Shown here in pieces: positions 1 through 10,733 of a DNA stretch of 64,000 nt. The notes beneath the pieces were generated by a model. It was not told the origin of the DNA, ran no database searches, and saw only the letters and a list, made by a program, of their open reading frames with translations. Made by a program: the position numbers and the translations under genes. Positions within the stretch are counted from its first letter, which is position 1; every line of letters begins with the position of its first letter. The DNA comes from Utricularia gibba (lineage: Eukaryota > Plantae > Magnoliophyta). The stretch covers positions 1,674,001-1,738,000 of the forward strand of contig CM007990.1 in NCBI GenBank assembly GCA_002189035.1, read 5' to 3'.

Positions 1-234
1 AAGGATATGGAAGTAGCATTGTCTTTGTTTATAAACCTCGCCTTTCATGGTGGCTCAGGCTCATCGCCGGTGAATGTCTCGACGAGCCGGAATGGGACGG
101 AGTACGTGAATCCAGAACGACCCACCTCCGGTAGTTCCACCGGCATCCAGCCACCATATCTGGTGACTCCATTCCTGGCTATGGCTCTTCTGTTGATCCA
201 CTCAGCATTCTTTGATGCTTCCCCATTCTTATGA
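1..234 (+). CDS. Possible 3'-terminal coding exon of a gene entering from the left (Ser/Thr/Pro-rich segment followed by a hydrophobic C-terminus, GPI-anchor-signal-like)
   Basis: Frame open from base 1 to TGA at 234: ...SGSSPVNVSTSRNGTEYVNPERPTSGSSTG-IQPPYLVTPFLAMALLLIHSAFF*. It has two N-glycosylation sequons and a terminal hydrophobic stretch. No family recognised; frame 3 is also open to 134. Confidence 0.25.
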   Translation, partial: KDMEVALSLFINLAFHGGSGSSPVNVSTSRNGTEYVNPERPTSGSSTGIQPPYLVTPFLAMALLLIHSAFFDASPFL

Positions 235-807
235 TGCACGGGGTAGCAGTATTGGATTCCCCTCATTAACCATTCCATAGGTGAAACGACACTGACCAGC
301 AGCTGCTGCGGCCCTCTTCTGTTTTACAGAAAGCCTTTTTATTTACTCACAGGATGACTACACCACAGCTCTGTACAAATAGGAAACCATACGAATGAAT
401 GAAGCATATACACACATCACTTCTGCGATGGCAGGCTGCCGTTCATCTAGAGGATTCTTGACCGTTGGATCTTTTTACGTATATTATTTAGTATTTTGCA
501 TCATCTTTATGCCCTTTTTCTATTTCCTAGTGTTCGATCATCGATGGTGATGTTTGTCGGTTTTAATTTAATAATAGAAAAAAAAAGAAGGAGTTTAGAC
601 AGCCGGAGGGGGACACGGGGACTCGCTGCCATAAACCCATTTTGAATTGAAGGATGTTAGGGGGGGATACGGATGAATTTAATTTTGACGAATTAATAAA
701 TACCACCACTCTAAGATGCCCTTTTGCTCTCATTTTCCAATCCTCTGTTCACGGAATCCTGACGCTGTAAACGGGACATTGCTGGTGAGAGCGGTTCGCC
801 GACGGAA

Positions 808-2994
808 ATGGGGAACAAACGAGTAGATCTGGACGGAAATGCCATAAATCCGATGACGATATGCATGATCGGCGCCGGAGGATTCATCGGCTCGCACCTC
901 TGTGAGAAGCTGATGCACGAGACTCCACACAAGGTGCTGGCGGTGGACGTTTACAGCGACAAGATTAAGCATCTACTGGAACCAGCCTCGCTGCCTTGGG
1001 CTGATCGTATACAGTTCTACCGTATCAATATTAAGAGTGACTCTCGCCTTGAAGGCCTCATTCGCATGGCGGATCTTGTAATTCTTCTTGCTATTTGTTG
1101 CTTTGCATTTCACTGCGTATATGGCTTGATCTGGGCTCTGCGGTTTTCTTTTTCGTTTGATGCTGCAAAATTGGTAGATTGAAGTGAAAATGATGTGTGT
1201 TTAGGTTAGATCTTGATGACTCTCCGCGGATCTGAAGCTTATATTTCACTAGAAACTCTAGACTAGGTGGTTGCCCTAAGTTTACGCTATTTCTTTGTAG
1301 AATAGCTGCCTATTCACATATCTTCTATTCATTGTTTTTTTCACTGCTTCCGGTACAATCATCGTTTGCTTCTTTAGCACAAGAATTTTCATTAGTCAAG
1401 CTATCTATTTCTTTGTTGTGTAGACCATAAATCTTGCGGCTATTTGCACTCCAGCAGACTACAACACTCGTCCTCTAGACACGATTTATAGCAATTTCAT
1501 TGATGCTCTCCCTGTGGTAAGTTATCACGTTTTTTTTATGCTGTATTCCTGGTTCTTGATGTTTCTTGTCAGCATGTTTCGTGTAGTATAGTCTCTTGAA
1601 GTTGACTGATCTCCGTTTAGGTCAAATACTGTTCAGAGAATGGAAGACGGCTGATACATTTCTCCACCTGTGAAGTTTACGGGAAAACCATCGGCTCCTT
1701 TTTACCAAATGATAGTCCATTACGCCAGGTGAACCATGATTTCCATCTTTCCTAAGTGCATTTTAAAAGGGAGATTTTTTGATGAATGATCTAATAAAGG
1801 AGTGCTGATGTAGCCAGCTCCATCAATTGGCCTTTTTGAGAGAATCTTCCGTTGTTTTATGTTTGTGTTTCTAGACCTGAACGGCCGTATGCCTATTTTT
1901 ATCAGGATCCGGCGTATTATGTTCTCAAGGAAGATGCATCGCCATGCATATTTGGACCTATCGAGAAGCAGAGGTGGTCATATGCATGTGCAAAGCAGTT
2001 GATAGAGAGGCTGATATATGGTTCGTTGATGACTTAAAATCAATACTACTGAGACAGCAAGATTTCCAAGTCATTATATTCTGTGCTTTTGCAGCTGAGG
2101 GCGCTGAGAATGGTCTTCAGTTTACCATAGTGAGACCCTTCAACTGGATCGGTCCTAGGATGGATTTCATCCCTGGAATTGATGGCCCCAGCGAGGGTGT
2201 TCCTAGAGTCCTCGCCTGCTTCAGCAATGTAAGATACTGATGCCATTGCACCTAAACGATGCCATGCCATTACCTCCATCCATCCTATTAACTGCTAGCT
2301 TCTGTTCCCAGAATCTCCTAAGACGTGAACCACTGAAGCTCGTCGATGGTGGCCAGTCTCAAAGAACATTCATTTACATCAAGGATGCCATTGAAGCTGT
2401 TCTTTTGATGATCGTACGTCATCCTTCTTCTGTTGCTAGTGAATCTCCGAATCATTAACCTGTAAAGTTATGGTTGAGAGACGGAACTCTGCTAATTTGC
2501 AGGAAAACCCAAACCGGGCAAATGGCCAAATATTCAATGTGGGCAACCCCAACAACGAGGTCACGGTCAGGCAGCTCGCCGAAATGATGACGGATGTAAG
2601 TAAACCTTGTTACCTGTTCTCCTCCTTTTGGGAAGCGTCTCATCTAGCGAAATCCATATAATTCCTGGTAGATATACGCCAAAGTCACGAAAGAGCCTCC
2701 GTTGGAGACCCCCACCGTTGATGTAAGCTCCAAAGAGTTCTACGGTGAAGGATATGATGACAGTGACAAGAGGATCCCAGACATGACCATCATAAACCGA
2801 CAACTTGGTAAAACACTCACTCTTATGCCACGTATTTCACTCACGGTATGAAATCACACCGGAGATGTCTTCGCGTTTCAGGTTGGAGCCCAAAGACCTC
2901 GCTCTGGGATTTGCTGGACTCAACGCTAACCTACCAACACCAGACGTACGCGGAAGCTATTAAGAAAGCTACTTCACAAACGATGGCAAGTTAA
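808..2994 (+). CDS. AXS: UDP-D-apiose/UDP-D-xylose synthase (NAD-dependent SDR), 9 exons, 387 aa
   Basis: Exons 808-1077, 1424-1516, 1621-1728, 1906-2020, 2095-2228, 2312-2413, 2503-2595, 2672-2807, 2882-2994, all GT-AG, total 1164 nt. Motifs: RVDLDG..I.PMTICMIGAGGFIGSHLCEKL, FSTCEVYG, RWSYACAKQ, RPFNWIGPRMDFIPG, EGYDDSDKRIPDM. Confidence 0.96.
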
Positions 2995-5043
2995 ACCCCA
3001 AGGAGACACCAAATCTACTTCTACTCGTGTGGATCTGTTTGTTCTGCTCTATACAAGTCCACCTGCCCAGCGTGTATGTCTAAGCCTCTTGGGTGGGCGC
3101 ATATTTCTTTGCAGCAGTGAGGCAGGCAGTCGTTCTGAAGCTAAAGCTGCTGCTCGTTGTTATGTCATGCGATTGGCTTTGTTGTTGTTTCATTACTTTT
3201 AAACTACCTCAGGTTTACTCTTCTGTGTTTACAAACCGGTCTCAAGTACAAAACACTGACGCAAACCAATCAATAATGGAACCAGCTATTAAACTGGGCA
3301 CTTAAAATAATGCGTCTCTACTCATACACGACTACGTTCTTCCTCCACTTGCCATGGATGTCTTTACTATACATTTCCAATAAAACACTCATCCTTTTTT
3401 ATTTAAAAAAGTGGTTTTTTTTTTTTTACTTCAAATGTACATAAATGTATTCAAACTTTCATATTTAATCCAAATGTCTTTAAATATTCATTTTTCTTAC
3501 ACAAAATGTGATTTATGGAATCACATCTACATGCCCCAAAATCAGAAATTTTTATATGTTGGAATTTTTTGAACCTTAAAAATACTTTGAGTAGTTTCTA
3601 GACATCTCAATAGGAGTTGGAACTGAAGAGGCTATTGGGATTCAAATAAGCTACAATTCTAATCACGATAAGGATACCATTTGGTGGTTAAGGAGTTGGT
3701 AAAATATGCCAAATGCAACCTCAATTATTGTTAGTATGCATTATTGAGTATCTTTTGAGATGGTGGGTGTAGCTATTATATTTTTGTTCTTTCACAATTT
3801 CTTCTTCATGCTTTTAGAATTTATTTTTAAACACTGCTTAAAATTTTAGAGTTTATTGATCAATTTTGTATTGCTACATTATTATAAATGTTCAATTCTT
3901 TTTCTCATGAGATAAATTTTATATTTTCAGATTGTAAAGCATGAATGGCAAGTTGAACCAAAAATATGGTATGTTTTTCAGTATTTTTGAAGATTATGAA
4001 TATAAATAATCATGAATGTTGAATGTTTTTCTGTGATTTAATTTGAATATGTTATGATTGAATTATGCATGCATATATGAGAATATACTATATTAATATT
4101 TGACAATTTTTTGGGTACCCAATTGTTAGATATACCTAACTTGTATTGATTAACAAATTGTAGAGCGATAGAATTGCTATGATAAAAAAAATTATGAACA
4201 TATAAAGCAACTGAATGATGAAAGTATTAAAGAGATTTAGTCTTAATGCAAATCATATAATATTCAGAAGCAATAAATAGAGAATTACTTTTTTTTAATT
4301 CTATTATATGCAACCAAAACAGTGAATCTTCTTATTTAAGGACTTTGGATACCGTTCATATTGAAGATCTTGCAACAAATAAATATTGAAAATGAAAATA
4401 TCACATAAGAGACATTAATCGAAATAAACTATAATTTTGAAACTGATGAAACTTTGAGAATTAAAATCACTCATGATAAATTAGACAATAGTGACAACGA
4501 GAATCAAGAAGACAACCTTACATTAGAAATTATGTATGACCAAACAACTTCGGGTAAAAATATTTTGAGGAATAATGATACTAGATTGGAAAAAGAAAGT
4601 GATGATTGATGAAGATTGTTGTAGAACAATTGAAGACAAATCAATGGAAAGAAACGATGAAGCCAAAAAACCTAAAGATTAGGAAATAAATTATTGTATT
4701 GTTATATGTATTTGCATTTTGTTATATGATTTTCACATGAGCATTAATTATAAAAGTAATAAATGTAATAGGTATGATAGATAATATATGTATCTTGAGT
4801 ATGTAATTTCTTTGTTGGTGTATTATGAAGAAACATATAATTTGAGTTGTTTGATTTTTTAGGAGGTATTTGTTTTCTTCTTTTGCAATGTATCAAACTC
4901 AATAATGATAAACTATAATACCTTAAACATATTAATGCTTTAAAGGAAGATTTAGATAGTTATAATAATTCTAAAGATGAGAATAAACTCAAATATCTTG
5001 TTTATGATTCAAAAAATTTACTAAAAATTTATAACTTTTGAAG

Positions 5044-5371
5044 GGAATACTCTTTAACACTTAGGATGAAGTTAAATATGTAATCAGAAGTCATTATATA
5101 TTGTAAGAGTATACCATCAAAATTCTATGGATTGATTTAAGAAAAGTAAAAATAGAATATGTGAGATAATTATCCTTAGTATGCAAAAAAAGGTACTAGT
5201 ATTGAACCTATGGACGCTAAGCGATAGAATTCACCACTTCCCCTACTTTTCTTAAGAGTGTTGGTAGGATGAAAAAAAAAGAATAAGAGCATCATGTGAT
5301 ATACCATTGAAACAACAAGATGTAGGAAGATTAATTAATATGAAATACTACAACAAGTGATCACATTGTGG
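5044..5371 (+). mobile_element. Degenerate MuDR/Mutator transposase fragment
   Basis: Translates with stops as GILFNT*DEVKYVIRSHYIL*EYTIKILWIDLRKVKIEY, later ..KYYNK*SHCG. This resembles the MuDR N-terminal G..F.SK.EFK.AI..Y.I motif and the H.C motif. Confidence 0.45.
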
Positions 5372-6064
5372 TGAAATTGGAAATAATATTTGTAAATGTG
5401 AGAATTTCACAATGTTGCATATTAAAGAAAAAATTCACAAAAAAATGGTATAATTTATTATTTTTCTATATTTTAAAATATAAAATATATTTTGTTACAT
5501 TGTTTATCCTAATACTAATAGACTATATTCTCAATTATATAGGAATGACTTCACTAAAATCTTATTTGAATGAGACTATTCCTAGTTAAGAATAGTATTA
5601 GTATGAATAGGATATTTGATTTATGAGGTTAATGAAAAAACTCTTTTCTATTTAATTTTTCATCTCCTCACTTCAGCGGTATTTGTATGTGCAATCTTTT
5701 TTTGAAAAAAGAATTTTTATATTCACTTCTTTTGTTCCTTTCACTTTTAAAGACATCAATTGTTTTAAACTTTCACACTATTTTTGGATTAAACCAATAG
5801 ATTATTCATAGTTAAAATAATATTTCATGTCCCCTCCTTTTGTAATGTGCGTCAATGAATTTTTGTATGTAAATTAGATTTAATTTGTTCTATAACATTG
5901 TTATCACCACTTATATAAACATTTGAAAGTATGTAGTAGACTAAATTAATGATTTAATTTATTTTCATATGTAAAAACTCAAATAGTAATACAATTATCA
6001 TCAATAGATTAAAAATCATAATTAAAATACGGGAAAATAACTGATAGTTATTCTGCAAGTACAC

Positions 6065-6310
6065 AGAAACTGTCGAAATAATAAAATAAAATTGTATCCA
6101 TAGGAAATTGTTATTGAAATTTTTTTTCAAAAAAATGACTTAAAAGACCAAAAATAAAATGAAAGATTAGTTTTAAAACTATAAAGAAAAATGACTTTAG
6201 ATTTAGGATCCAGCTTATTTAAAACTTGTCCAAATTTGTGTATGTAAACCTTGAAAACTGAGATGTTTGCACAAGTTTTGGAGGTGTTATTCTAAAATAA
6301 TACTACTCAT
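6065..6310. repeat. Dispersed AT-rich repeat, copy 1 (direct copy at ~48290-48530)
   Basis: Shared collinear blocks cataggaaattgttatt, aaaactataaa, tttagatttaggatc, aaacttg, taaaccttga, tgtttgca, tgttattctaaaataatac in both copies; ~75-80% identity by eye. Confidence 0.7.
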
Positions 6311-7892
6311 TTGATAATTTATGCCATATATTTTTCGTATGTAAATTATACCACGTACTAATAACTGTATCATAATTTTTGTCCAAACAACTATCATTAT
6401 TGTATTATATGTGACATATATAAAATGTTATTTTATATTTACAACTCATGCCATAAATTAAATTCAAATAAAGCAAATTATGTCATTATATCAAAATCAT
6501 GAAAATTGTGAATGCCAAAGTACAAAAATCCTTATAAAAGAGGAAAAATATAAATCAAATATCCCTGAAAATTACCATTCATAATGGAAAATAATCTCTA
6601 ATAATTGATCTTCCACCAATGTTTCAATGTCATTTAATGGGAATCATTGACGAATCATCGATTATCATAAAAGAAAAATAAATTAAATTATTCAACCATG
6701 AATGATCATAGCAAAACAAGAAATGAAATTAGAAATGAAGTTTTCTTATTTCTCATCAATTCTAGGATAGATACATGGATAAGAATAGGTAAAGGTTTGA
6801 GATTCATGGACTGAAATATTCATGATGGTTCAAAAAAGGATTATGATTCTAAAGATTATATGAAATTAACACATAGATCATTCGCTCACGATACATTGAT
6901 TTATGTAGTAGGTAAGAGGCATTATAAACTATTGTATGAAGCATATTAAAATAAATGTGATTAAATTAGTTTTTTTTGGGTTAATCTAAGGGTCAAGGAG
7001 AGGAACTACAATTTCATTCTCTTGGGTATTTGTTGGGGTCTAACACATCCATTAAAAAGTACCAATGAGATAAAGTTATGAAAAGGATGTATAAAGTAGG
7101 TTTCATTTAAATTTAATACCTCTAACTAGGTATTTATATCTTCTTTTATCTTCAAAAAAAACTTTATTGATAAGAATATGTTAAACTTAATTTTCTAGAT
7201 TCAAAAAATAAAATAGTTAAAAAGAAAATGAAAAAGTACTTTAGTACAATTAAAATTTACGTCAATAAGTTAGTAATAATTTTTTGTACTCATTTTAACA
7301 TTTTCTGTGATTTGATTAAATTATAAAATATATTAAAAATTCAGTTTTTACAATGTCAATTCATCTTTAAATACAAAATCAAAACTTAGTATTTGCATAA
7401 TTTATTCCAAACACATTAAACATAAAATCAAAGTTTAATTCTATTGAACAATAGATTTTTCATTTTCATTTTTATAATTTAATGTTTTTGAATTCACAGA
7501 AGTATATTTAGTGTATTAAAACCAATAATATTATTTAACATGGTATTTTTATTTATTGAAAATGATTGATCTTTATATAATTTATTTTTATAGTAACTTG
7601 AAAGTATGTTTTCTATTTTAATATAAAATATAACGGAAATACAAATATTATTATGAAACAATGGAGCATGATGAGTATATGAAGAGTCCCTTTCCGAGGA
7701 TTTGTTCATGTGCTTTGTAGAAAAAATGCATACACAATATGTATTGCTTTAAGATTACGCCAATAAGTGCATGTTTTTCTTAGCGAAAGAATCCCAACAC
7801 AAACCTCTGGACTTGAAATGTTTTTGTTGTAATTGTATTTTAACGCCTGGTGTCTTTTCCCTGTAAATACAGCTGAGGAAGGGGCTTCCACT

Positions 7893-9641
7893 TCACCAAT
7901 ATTCTCTACAAGAACAAGAACCATTCTTGAACCTGTGAAACCTGGTGCGATCCCTGACAATAACTTCTCTCTGGTATAACTTGGAAACAAGCTTTATCAC
8001 CATATGACAATCACCACATATTCTAAGGTTTTTGTTAATGTGAATGGGCAACCTATCATCTGTGGTGATCAAACCATGAGCCAAAGCCAGCTTCTCACTA
8101 TGATAAGCCAATGCATTCTCCTTTTCTTCATCTCCTAGATCATGCAGCACATAATTTGTTTCTGCCTCATACCCAAGTTCTCGAATCTTGAATCGGATCT
8201 CTTCTAGTTTGTCATATATTTCTCTTGATTTCGGATGACTTTTATCGCCATTGAAGAACTGATACACAGAGCCATTTGATTCAATATAGCTGAATCCGGG
8301 CACCTTCTTCACATGTTTACTCTTCATTGTATCTCTCACTCTTCCAACATCATTCCATCTCCCTTGTGTGGCGTAGACGTTTGACAACAAAACAAAATCC
8401 CCGCAAGTACTTGATCCCATCTCCACTAGCTTTCTGGATGCCTGCTCTGCCATTTCGACATTCTTGTGTATCTTGGATGCGCCTAACAGGGTCTGCCATA
8501 GTACAGCATCTGGAAACATGGGCATGGAATCAATGATATTGTATGCCACCTCAAGTTTTCCAGCTCTTCCTAACAAGTCTACAATTGTCCCATAGTGTTT
8601 AACATCCTTGCGTAGTCCATTCTTATCCATCATCTCAAAAAGTCTCAACCCTTCTTCCACCATCCCTGCATGATTACAAGCACATAATGCAGCTAAATAC
8701 GTAACTGGATCTGGGATCGCCCCCGATTGCCCCATAACCATACAATCAAAAAGCTGTAAAGCTTTCACCCCATCACCGTCCATAGCAAAGCCCATGATCA
8801 TGGTATTCCATGTGATTATGCTCCTTGAACACCTCATGGTCTCAAAGACATTATAGGCCTTCTCCACTAGTCCACATTTTGCGTACATGTCAATAACAGC
8901 ATTGCACACAATTACATTCTCGTCAAATCTTTTCCTTTTTATGTACTCAAACACTTTCTCCCCCTCGTTGATAGCGCCAATCTGAGAACAAGCAGAGAGA
9001 GCTCCAAGAACAGTGATCTCATTGGGAGAGACTACACCTCCACTGCCCCCACCCCATTCTCTCATTCTATTAAAAAAACTCAGAGCATCATTAGGCCGGC
9101 TCCCCTGCGCCAACCCGGCAATCAGGGCATTCCAAGTAGCAATGTCCTTGCGCGACATTTCATCGAACACCTTCCAAGCATCATCCAAATCCCCGCACTT
9201 GGCACACACGTCAACTAAAGTAGTCTGCAACAAAACATCCGAATAAAAGCCACATTTCCTCACTAGACCATGCATCTGCATCGCCTCCACTCGTGACAGC
9301 GATCTGGAGCATGCCTTGAGAAAAAAAGAGCAGGTTAGAGCATCCGGCTTGCAGGCAGAACGCGACATGGAAAGGTAGCAAACCACAGCGTCCGTGGGGA
9401 GTTGGCTTTGAGCGTATCCACGAATGATGGCGTTCCATTCGTTAGTCCCCGGAAAGCTAAGTAAACGAAAAATGGCGACGGCGTATTGAAGGGTGCCATT
9501 AAAAGTTGCGCAGAAGTCGAGGAATTTGGAACGTAAAGTGTAGAAACGGAAAAGGCCGGTGGTTAGGAGGTGGGCGTGGATCTGTGGGAGTTGTGAGGAC
9601 GAGAGGCATCTGCGTAGCAGAGACTCGACATATCCCGCCAT
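7893..9641 (-). CDS. PLS-class pentatricopeptide repeat protein with E/E+/DYW domains, intronless, 582 aa (At1g34160 / rice OGR1-like organellar RNA-editing factor)
   Basis: P-L-S repeats (NEWNAIIRG, DIATWNALIAG, IITWNTMIMG), PG box (VPGFSYIE), HSEKLA and CGDCH Zn-deaminase motifs, end CSCREYW. Start and collinearity match my recall of At1g34160. Confidence 0.95.
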   Translation of the reverse strand: MAGYVESLLRRCLSSSQLPQIHAHLLTTGLFRFYTLRSKFLDFCATFNGTLQYAVAIFRLLSFPGTNEWNAIIRGYAQSQLPTDAVVCYLSMSRSACKPDALTCSFFLKACSRSLSRVEAMQMHGLVRKCGFYSDVLLQTTLVDVCAKCGDLDDAWKVFDEMSRKDIATWNALIAGLAQGSRPNDALSFFNRMREWGGGSGGVVSPNEITVLGALSACSQIGAINEGEKVFEYIKRKRFDENVIVCNAVIDMYAKCGLVEKAYNVFETMRCSRSIITWNTMIMGFAMDGDGVKALQLFDCMVMGQSGAIPDPVTYLAALCACNHAGMVEEGLRLFEMMDKNGLRKDVKHYGTIVDLLGRAGKLEVAYNIIDSMPMFPDAVLWQTLLGASKIHKNVEMAEQASRKLVEMGSSTCGDFVLLSNVYATQGRWNDVGRVRDTMKSKHVKKVPGFSYIESNGSVYQFFNGDKSHPKSREIYDKLEEIRFKIRELGYEAETNYVLHDLGDEEKENALAYHSEKLALAHGLITTDDRLPIHINKNLRICGDCHMVIKLVSKLYQREVIVRDRTRFHRFKNGSCSCREYW

Positions 9642-10119
9642 CCAAATCGCATTTCAAATGCTCGCGCAAACTGATTAATATGCGTCGAATTGATGTTCCT
9701 GAGAAATGACAAAAACACCCTAAACGCTTCACCTCCCTCTTCCTTCGTTCTTTCCACCCCCACATTACCTCCGCCTTTTTCCGTGGTCGCCCGTCGCCTC
9801 TCGATTGTGACTTTTGTGGGTGTTTTCATCGCCAGTCGCCACCCATTGTATTCGGAAGAGCCACCCATACCGTTGCTGTCACCCCATTGCATCCACATGC
9901 CATCTGTTTAGGTGGGTGCAGTGGGGTAGAAACGTAAATGAATCTATGAACATTGAATCTGTGTAATTTACATATATCTTTTAATAAAAAAAACTTTGCC
10001 ATAAATGAGCTTAGATGAAAAAATTCATGTGATTCAGCTCATAGATACTTTTCATGATTCATGGAAAACTTTAGTAATCATGTTTAGTAGTTCTCCTAGT
10101 GGAGGCCTCAAGTACGAGG

Positions 10120-10676
10120 TGTGGGCTTGAGACGCTAATAAGACAGCTCAATAATCCAGCTGAAATGGACTATGCTCAATATCAGAATGAACAATTGATT
10201 GGGCCTCGACGGTTATGAAAATAACTTAAAGAAAGAAGAAGAAAAAGACAGTTTTGGCTCTGCCTCTTGTGGCAGCTGCACAGAGCAGGAAGTTTAGAAG
10301 AAAAGAAAGGCAGGAGCAATTTTCTTCTTACAGATAATCCCGATGACGTTTTGATCTTGATCGAATCAAAGAGAGGACGACAACCAATTCTCCTTAAGGT
10401 TTTCGTTCCTTTATGAATCTGGTTGTATCAGTTTGCTTGAATATTCAAGCTGATTGTCAGAGCTGTTTTGCTCTTGTACTCAAACGTTGCTTTAGTGAAG
10501 TTTCTTAGACTTGGTGAGGATTCACCCGTGGTTTTTTCCCGTAAGGGTCTCCACATTAAAAATTACTTTGTGTTCTTTACTGCTTTAGCAAAAGAAGAGA
10601 AAATCAATTAATCAAGATCAGGCGTGTTCTTGCTGTTTGGCAATTTTTGGTGTTATTTGAAGTTTTTGATCCTACA
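10120..10676 (+). repeat. 5' LTR of Copia element 1 (557 bp, TG...CA)
   Basis: Begins TGTGGGC, ends GATCCTACA; ~93-94% identical to 14756-15310 by manual alignment. Confidence 0.95.
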
Positions 10677-10679
10677 AAT

Positions 10680-10691
10680 TGGTATTAGAGC
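10680..10691 (+). other. Primer binding site (tRNA-iMet type)
   Basis: TGGTATTAGAGC, 3 nt after the LTR, one mismatch to canonical TGGTATCAGAGC. Confidence 0.9.
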
Positions 10692-10733
10692 TCGTTATTT
10701 TCTCTTCTGGGATTTATAATCAAAGTGCAAAGT

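Noticed and set aside
716-830. Out-of-frame upstream ATG overlapping the AXS start
   Set aside because: It lies ~15 bp after a TATA-like AATAAATA, so it is probably upstream of the TSS and not in the mRNA.
3600-4620. Possible hAT transposase C-terminal remnant
   Set aside because: Only faint motif echoes (KDLVLMQ, DTVHIEDL, acidic tail); too degraded to support without an HMM search.
8327-9911. Several 67-111 aa ORFs overlapping or adjacent to the PPR gene
   Set aside because: Shadow frames of a long coding or GC-rich 5' region with no recognisable motifs.
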